DNA of 64,000 bases, taken from the NCBI GenBank assembly GCA_965230995.1, contig OZ246398.1:528213-592212 (forward strand), written 5' to 3'. The position numbers and the translations under genes are program-made. Source of the stretch: an uncultured Candidatus Saccharibacteria bacterium (lineage in GTDB: Bacteria > Patescibacteriota > Minisyncoccia > Phycocordibacterales > G965230995). The notes below the pieces were generated by a model that had not been told where the DNA came from, searched no databases, and saw only the letters and a program-made list of their open reading frames with translations. Shown here in pieces: positions 58,545-64,000 of the stretch (its first letter is position 1; every line of letters begins with the position of its first letter).

Positions 58545-58920
58545 ATTTTTTATCAAAACCACCAGCTCTTCTGTTGCCAGCAAATGTATGTTTTTTCATA
58601 AAATCTGCGGGAAAACGTTTTTCAAACTCCTCCATTCTATCACCTAGAGCTTTTTCTACATCAACATTCAATACGTGGGCTAATTTAAAAACTAAAAAAG
58701 CAATATCGCCGATAGAATCTTCCATCTCGTCTCTGCTCTCTGTTATTATCTTTCTCAACAAAACCTCGTCTTTTTCTAGATGCTTAACAATATTCCAAGT
58801 TTCTCCAACCTCCTCGATGATATTTAATAAAATACCATATACTTGATATGTTTCCGCCCATTTTCGTTCATCAACGAAATCAGCAACTTCTTTTTGCTTG
58901 TCTTTTATAGTTTTTGACAT
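58534..58920 (-). CDS. MazG-like NTP pyrophosphohydrolase
   Basis: IIEEVGE and EDSIGD acidic motifs; all-helical; start probably MSKTIK. Confidence 0.82.
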   Translation of the reverse strand: MSKTIKDKQKEVADFVDERKWAETYQVYGILLNIIEEVGETWNIVKHLEKDEVLLRKIITESRDEMEDSIGDIAFLVFKLAHVLNVDVEKALGDRMEEFEKRFPADFMKKHTFAGNRRAGGFDKKYDK

Positions 58921-59027
58921 GTTATATGTACCAGTATATTCCATTTATAATTAGATACAACTTCATATTTATAATCTTACCCTCAATTAATATATAACAG
59001 GCTACTTTTTTATGCTAAAATAACAAA

Positions 59028-59477
59028 ATGAAATATGAACAAACGGGGCAAGGGGAATCATATTATCATTCAATCTTGAATGAAGCAGTTAGAATGCTGG
59101 ATCAAAACAGAGAAAAAGAAGCAGTAGAAAAAGTAAAACAGGTACTCTAAAACCCAGCAAGCTATTCTGAATTAACAGATAGAAATTTGGATGAAGTATT
59201 TTCAAAATTTCCAGCTGAAAACGTGAGCAAATTCAGAGAGACTATTGCAAATTTAATAAGAGCAAAATTAACACCCGATAGAAGAGCAGTAATAGAAATT
59301 GAAACTACACAGCCAGGTAGTTACGAAAAAAGCAAAAAACAAGTCACGCTAACATTCCACCCAGATATATTTGTAACATCGAATGGAAGCACCTCAATTC
59401 AAGCAATGGAGGATAATGAGGATCAATGTAGAATCCACAGCATCTGCAGAATAGTCCCTGAGTTGTTAAAAAACTAG
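59028..59477 (+). pseudogene. Hypothetical gene of about 149 codons interrupted by an in-frame TAA at 59148-59150
   Basis: TGC-TAAAAT 6 nt before ATG 59028; 40 codons, TAA, then the same frame continues into the 59187-59477 ORF. Confidence 0.6.
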
Positions 59478-59537
59478 AAAATAGATTTTATCATTACAGA
59501 ATATTTTATCTAATGTATTTTAAGTATTATATTATAA

Positions 59538-60326
59538 ATGAAGTCAAATATATCAATAAGTGTTGTCATTCCAACATATAACAGAAAAGAAAAAACATTA
59601 AGAGCTGTTAATAGTGTTTTGGAGCAAAATATTGATAACCTAGAGATAATCGTTGTTGATGATGGATCAAATGACGGTACTTATGAGTACCTGATTGAAA
59701 AAGATTTGCCAATAAAAGTAATTACAAAGGAAAACGGAGGAGTCTCAAGTGCGAGAAATATTGGAATTAAGCACTCTGCTGGCAATTACATTGCTTTCCT
59801 AGATTCAGACGATATTTGGTTGCCCCATAAATTGGAAAAGCAGATAAGGGTTTTTGAAGAAAATCCAGACATTAGCCTTGTTTATACCGATCAATATCTA
59901 AATATAGACGGGAAAAACTTGGAACAAACAAGGTTTGAGAGGAATGCACCAAACAAGAGGATGTCCTTACCGGGCTTTGTTGATTATACTCCAATACACA
60001 CATCTACTGTGTTGGTGAAAAAGGAAGTTCTGGACAAAGTTGGAAATTTTAGTGAAGAGTTAAAAGTACATGAAGATAGTGAATTGTGGAATAGAATAAG
60101 CGATTATGGTGAGTTTGGATATGTTGAAGAACCACTATCGGTCTATTATTGGGAATCAAGTGCTGAACATATCACTGCTGAAAAAAATAAGAAAAAATTT
60201 ATTGAAAACGGAAGAAAGTATTTAGAACTATATATTAAGAACAAAAATAGAGATTTAAATGATATTGAAAAAGAAGCCGTCAAAGAAAGCTTGAGAATAA
60301 TTGCAGAAATGGAGGGAAAAGAGTAA
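59538..60326 (+). CDS. Glycosyltransferase family 2
   Basis: SVVIPTYNR, VDDGSND, GVSSARN, FLDSDD, HED..LW. Confidence 0.93.
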   Translation: MKSNISISVVIPTYNRKEKTLRAVNSVLEQNIDNLEIIVVDDGSNDGTYEYLIEKDLPIKVITKENGGVSSARNIGIKHSAGNYIAFLDSDDIWLPHKLEKQIRVFEENPDISLVYTDQYLNIDGKNLEQTRFERNAPNKRMSLPGFVDYTPIHTSTVLVKKEVLDKVGNFSEELKVHEDSELWNRISDYGEFGYVEEPLSVYYWESSAEHITAEKNKKKFIENGRKYLELYIKNKNRDLNDIEKEAVKESLRIIAEMEGKE

Positions 60327-60621
60327 AAACACTATACATGGCAATATCATACAACTCAAAGCTAATAGTAGGTATTATGGGTGGCATTTAAATATTAAAA
60401 AGGTCCTTAATTTTGGATATAATACAAAAAGGTTTCCTGTTCATTTTGAACAGCATGTGTAATAGAGTGTTCTCTTAAACCTATCTTGTACTATTAACAA
60501 AAGAGTATGGCTAAGATACCCACACATTTTCTGATAGGTATCACCAATATAATTATTAAATAATAGTTATTTGTAATCTTTTTACCCTTTACTTATGCTA
60601 AAAAGATGTTATTATACTCGG

Positions 60622-61464
60622 ATGAATGAAGGTAACTTAAAATATTGGTTTTCAGTAATTATTCCAGTCAAGGACGATTTAAGGATAATTAATCTTATTA
60701 ATTCAATAAATAAACAGGCTGGAAAAGATAAAATTGAATTCATTATTTCCTTCAATGGATCAAGCGAAGATTTCATCGATCTTGTAAAGGAAAAGATTTC
60801 AAATAATGATAATTATCATATATTGATTTCAGACATAATTGGTACAGCTAACGCAATAAATTTTGGAATCCTTAAGTCCTTGTCCTCTAGATTTGTCATC
60901 ATTGATAGTGATTGTACTATTGGAGATAATTATTTTCAAATAATGAATGAAAATCTTAACCAAAACATGATTGTCAACGGACGGATAATTTTTTTAGGAA
61001 ATAATTTATTTTCAAAATACACAGCAAAACTACGAACTATAGTTTATAATAATCAGAATAGTGTATTTTATACCCCTAACCTCGGTATGCACAGAGAGGT
61101 AATTAAAGACCTTGGTTTATTTAACACAAAATTAAAATACGGATTTGATTCTGAATTTAGCTCAAGAGTTATTAATACTGGATACAGAGTACATTTTCAA
61201 CCAAATGCTGTGATCTTCCATTCATGCCATGAAAATTTATGGAGAGAGATTTTGATTTGGATTCATTATGGGAAAGGCCGAGCTTATCGGTACAATTCTG
61301 GTTGCTTTGGCAACAAAAGCCTTAAAAATCTTATAAAAACACTTTCAGCACCTAAAATTATCTCTACTAAAAATAGTATAATTTTAAATCTTTTCATTTG
61401 CTTATATTTTCTTGTAAGAGATCTAGCTATGTTATTGGCACTATTGTTTAAAAAGTATGATTAA
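60622..61464 (+). CDS. Glycosyltransferase family 2 (divergent)
   Basis: SVIIPVKD, IIDSDC DxD motif, GLFN...GFDSEF..R; start at ATG 60622, 6 nt after TGT-TATTAT. Confidence 0.85.
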   Translation: MNEGNLKYWFSVIIPVKDDLRIINLINSINKQAGKDKIEFIISFNGSSEDFIDLVKEKISNNDNYHILISDIIGTANAINFGILKSLSSRFVIIDSDCTIGDNYFQIMNENLNQNMIVNGRIIFLGNNLFSKYTAKLRTIVYNNQNSVFYTPNLGMHREVIKDLGLFNTKLKYGFDSEFSSRVINTGYRVHFQPNAVIFHSCHENLWREILIWIHYGKGRAYRYNSGCFGNKSLKNLIKTLSAPKIISTKNSIILNLFICLYFLVRDLAMLLALLFKKYD

Positions 61465-62905
61465 TACACACGAACATTCTTTTAAATTTAAAAGTATAAA
61501 TCGTTCAAGGAAAGATATATACGGATACAAAACAAGATACAAACTTACTATATTTTTTTCTCTACTATCAAATGATGAGAAACTTAAAAATATAATTGTG
61601 GATAAAATTGAAAAACAAGTCATTGATTATCTTAGTGAAATAGATCTTTCTAGTCTAATTGAAAACACAGATAACGTTTCTCTGCTGGACTGGATTATCA
61701 GAAAACTTAGAAAAATTTTTCCTATAAGGAATGCAATTATCATTAAAGCGACCTTATCTGAGGAAGGCAAAAAGGACATAAACCAAAATTTTATCTCAAT
61801 AAAAAATAAAATAGAAAATATAATAATTTACAACGATAAAATAAAAATAAATAATTCTGAAAAAAGTACCAAAAATATCAATTTTTCTAAAAAATTTATA
61901 TTCTTTAGAAAAATCATCAATGAATTACAATTACAAAATAATGTTGGGCAGGTTAATAAGTTTACAAACAAACCTGATTGGAAAAGCATAGAAGACCTGC
62001 TTAAGAACACAAATGAGGACATCTATCTCTGTAACTATATTTGCCCGCCTTACGTTAATGATGAAAAACTCGGGTATATTGGCTTGTTTGACTCTGTTGT
62101 TAAAAATCCCAGAGAGTTCAATTTTGACTATGACTATATAAAAATTATAAGCAACCTTGAAAAGGTAATCCTGCTTGGTAAAAAATTGCAGTTACCTATC
62201 AGAGGATTAATAGTCTTTTGTGATTGGGGATTAATAAATATTGATGGAATAAAGTCAACACTTAAAACAGATTTAGAAATCCAATTACAATTAAGGAAAT
62301 TTAAGGATTCCCTAGATGATTTATCACTTAAATACTCAGAAATAAATGTCATTGGTTTATCTCAAATGGGAATTGCAGATTATCTACCTCTGGGCTTACC
62401 TTTCTCGTCCAAGGAAAGAAAGAAATTCTTAAATGAAATCAGTAAAAATGAACATAAAATTTTTTCTATAATCGATAGAGATTTTTTTACTAAGACATTG
62501 TCGTGGATAAATGATCAAAATTTAATCAGATTTCTTGATTGGAAAAATTTTAATGAACTAAGTACTTGGGGTATTCTAAAAGAAGATATAATAAATATAA
62601 TAAAGACATATGAGAATATTTTATGGATGAAAATCAATAAAAAATACTTCAAATCTACAAAAGATTTGATGCGATTAAAGGCAAATAAAGAATTGAGAGA
62701 AGAAGCATTTTATGATGCCCTGTTAAGATACGTAGAATACAAAACCTATGGGCAGATAACGTCATTAAGGTTTAGTAAGACAATCTGTCTTTATCAAGAT
62801 ACTGGTTTTCCAGTAGCAGGACATCACTTTAGAAATCACCAGATGCCAATAATCTTTCTTGACCCAAATATAACACAAGAGAAACTAAAATTTGAGGAAA
62901 ATTAA
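61457..62905 (+). CDS. 482-aa hypothetical protein (possible degenerate QueD-like N-domain plus HUP/CDPS-like C-domain)
   Basis: Long AT-rich ORF overlapping the GT2 stop by 8 nt; domain guess is from motif and secondary-structure pattern only. Confidence 0.7.
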   Translation: MINTHEHSFKFKSINRSRKDIYGYKTRYKLTIFFSLLSNDEKLKNIIVDKIEKQVIDYLSEIDLSSLIENTDNVSLLDWIIRKLRKIFPIRNAIIIKATLSEEGKKDINQNFISIKNKIENIIIYNDKIKINNSEKSTKNINFSKKFIFFRKIINELQLQNNVGQVNKFTNKPDWKSIEDLLKNTNEDIYLCNYICPPYVNDEKLGYIGLFDSVVKNPREFNFDYDYIKIISNLEKVILLGKKLQLPIRGLIVFCDWGLINIDGIKSTLKTDLEIQLQLRKFKDSLDDLSLKYSEINVIGLSQMGIADYLPLGLPFSSKERKKFLNEISKNEHKIFSIIDRDFFTKTLSWINDQNLIRFLDWKNFNELSTWGILKEDIINIIKTYENILWMKINKKYFKSTKDLMRLKANKELREEAFYDALLRYVEYKTYGQITSLRFSKTICLYQDTGFPVAGHHFRNHQMPIIFLDPNITQEKLKFEEN

Positions 62906-62982
62906 CTAATTTATAGATATTGTATTAACCATTTTTTTCTGATATCCTTGGATTAATCTGTTTTAGTAGTATATATAAAAAT

Positions 62983-64000
62983 ATGGAAAATCTCAATGAC
63001 CTTAATAATAGCCCTATTGAACCAGAAAAAAGTACCGAAGTGAAAGAAAGGTATGAACCTTTTGCAAAAGAGAAGTATTGGCAAGATTTCTGGGAAAAAG
63101 AAGGTGTGTATAGATTTAACCCAGAGCAACCAGGTCGTGTTTTTACTATTGATACTCCGCCACCAACAATATCAGGCTCACTTCACTTGGGTCATATTTT
63201 TTCCTATACTCAAGCAGAAATAATCACTCGTTTTAAAAGAATGCAGGGTTTAAATGTCCGTTATTCATTTGGTCTTGATAATAATGGTTTACCAACAGAG
63301 CGGCTTGTAGAAAAAGAAACCGGCATAAGAGGCAACAATGTAGGTTTAGAAGACTTTACAAGAATTTGTCTTGAAGTAACGGAAAAATATAAACATCTGT
63401 ATGAGGACTTATGGAAATCTATTGGTCTCAGTGTAGATTGGCGATTAGAATATTCAAGCATCTCACCAGAAGTCCAAAGGATAGCACAATCAACCTTCAA
63501 AGAATTGTATGAAATGGGAGCTATCTATAAGAAAAACGCGCCGGCTCTTTATTGTACTGAATGCCATACATCTTTTGCTCAGGCAGAAAAAGAGGACAAA
63601 GAGAAAGAAGCTGTATTTTACGATTTAGCATTCAAGACAGAGGGTGGTCAAGAATTAATTATTGCTACAACACGGCCTGAACTACTTCCTGCGTGTAGTG
63701 CTGTTTTTGTTCATCCAGATGACACTAGATTTACGGATCTGGTAGGTAAAAAGGTTATTACTCCTTTTGGTCATGAAGTTGAAATAATGACAGACGAAAA
63801 AGTTGAAAAAGAAAAGGGTACTGGGGCAGTAATGTGCTGTACTTATGGAGATGAAACTGACATATACTGGGCAAAAAAACATAACTTACCAGAAAAAATT
63901 ATACTCAATAAGGATGGTAAACTTCAAGGAGTTAAAGAAATACCCCAACTTGAGGGAAAGAATGTAAAGGAAGCCAGAGAAATTATAGTTGCAAAATTAA
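62983..64000 (+). CDS. valS: Valine--tRNA ligase, archaeal-like type 2 (3'-truncated by window edge; absent from the ORF track)
   Basis: Translated by hand: IDTPPPTISGSLHLGHIFSY, GLDNNGLPTERLVEK, IATTRPELL, GTGAVMCCTYGD. Confidence 0.93.
   Translation, partial: MENLNDLNNSPIEPEKSTEVKERYEPFAKEKYWQDFWEKEGVYRFNPEQPGRVFTIDTPPPTISGSLHLGHIFSYTQAEIITRFKRMQGLNVRYSFGLDNNGLPTERLVEKETGIRGNNVGLEDFTRICLEVTEKYKHLYEDLWKSIGLSVDWRLEYSSISPEVQRIAQSTFKELYEMGAIYKKNAPALYCTECHTSFAQAEKEDKEKEAVFYDLAFKTEGGQELIIATTRPELLPACSAVFVHPDDTRFTDLVGKKVITPFGHEVEIMTDEKVEKEKGTGAVMCCTYGDETDIYWAKKHNLPEKIILNKDGKLQGVKEIPQLEGKNVKEAREIIVAKL

Noticed and set aside
28098-64000. Six aminoacyl-tRNA synthetase genes within 36 kb as a special cluster
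   Set aside because: Expected density of translation genes in a small genome; not co-transcribed and no T-box leaders seen
1-64000. CRISPR array, rRNA, transposase/integrase, or TGA recoding (code 25)
   Set aside because: No spaced repeats, rRNA motifs or recombinase ORFs seen; conserved genes are full-length in code 11 and uvrB ends in TGA

Overview
AT-rich bacterial chromosome segment using translation table 11 (TGA is a stop, e.g. in uvrB). Gene content points to a Patescibacteria/CPR (Parcubacteria-like) genome, by inference: short AlaRS, Nudix-inserted LeuRS, sigma4/HARE-HTH protein, FtsA-like plus baseplate-J-like pair, little biosynthesis. Most of it is housekeeping: uvrBAC, tgt, ddl, ung, ahpC, zwf, iscS, ychF, mltG, mnmA, the infA-rpmJ-rpsMKD-rpoA-rplQ-rplM-rpsI block, grpE-dnaK-dnaJ and six aminoacyl-tRNA synthetases. 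Accessory parts are (1) three clustered ATP-grasp ligases; (2) a defence island behind tRNA-Ala(TGC) with a controller HTH, C5-methyltransferase, HinP1I-like endonuclease and PHP/ABC-ATPase, bracketed by two structured non-coding elements, one built from tRNA T-arm copies; (3) a GC-rich transcription unit for an 80-aa orphan with structured UTRs; (4) a low-GC 3' region with MazG-like, kinase and two GT2 genes, a 482-aa protein that looks like a degenerate QueD-like domain fused to a CDPS/HUP-like domain, and an archaeal-type valS running off the window. Many genes have a -10 box exactly 6-7 nt before the start codon and no Shine-Dalgarno, a leaderless-mRNA signature. All calls are from reading motifs by eye; no searches were run.
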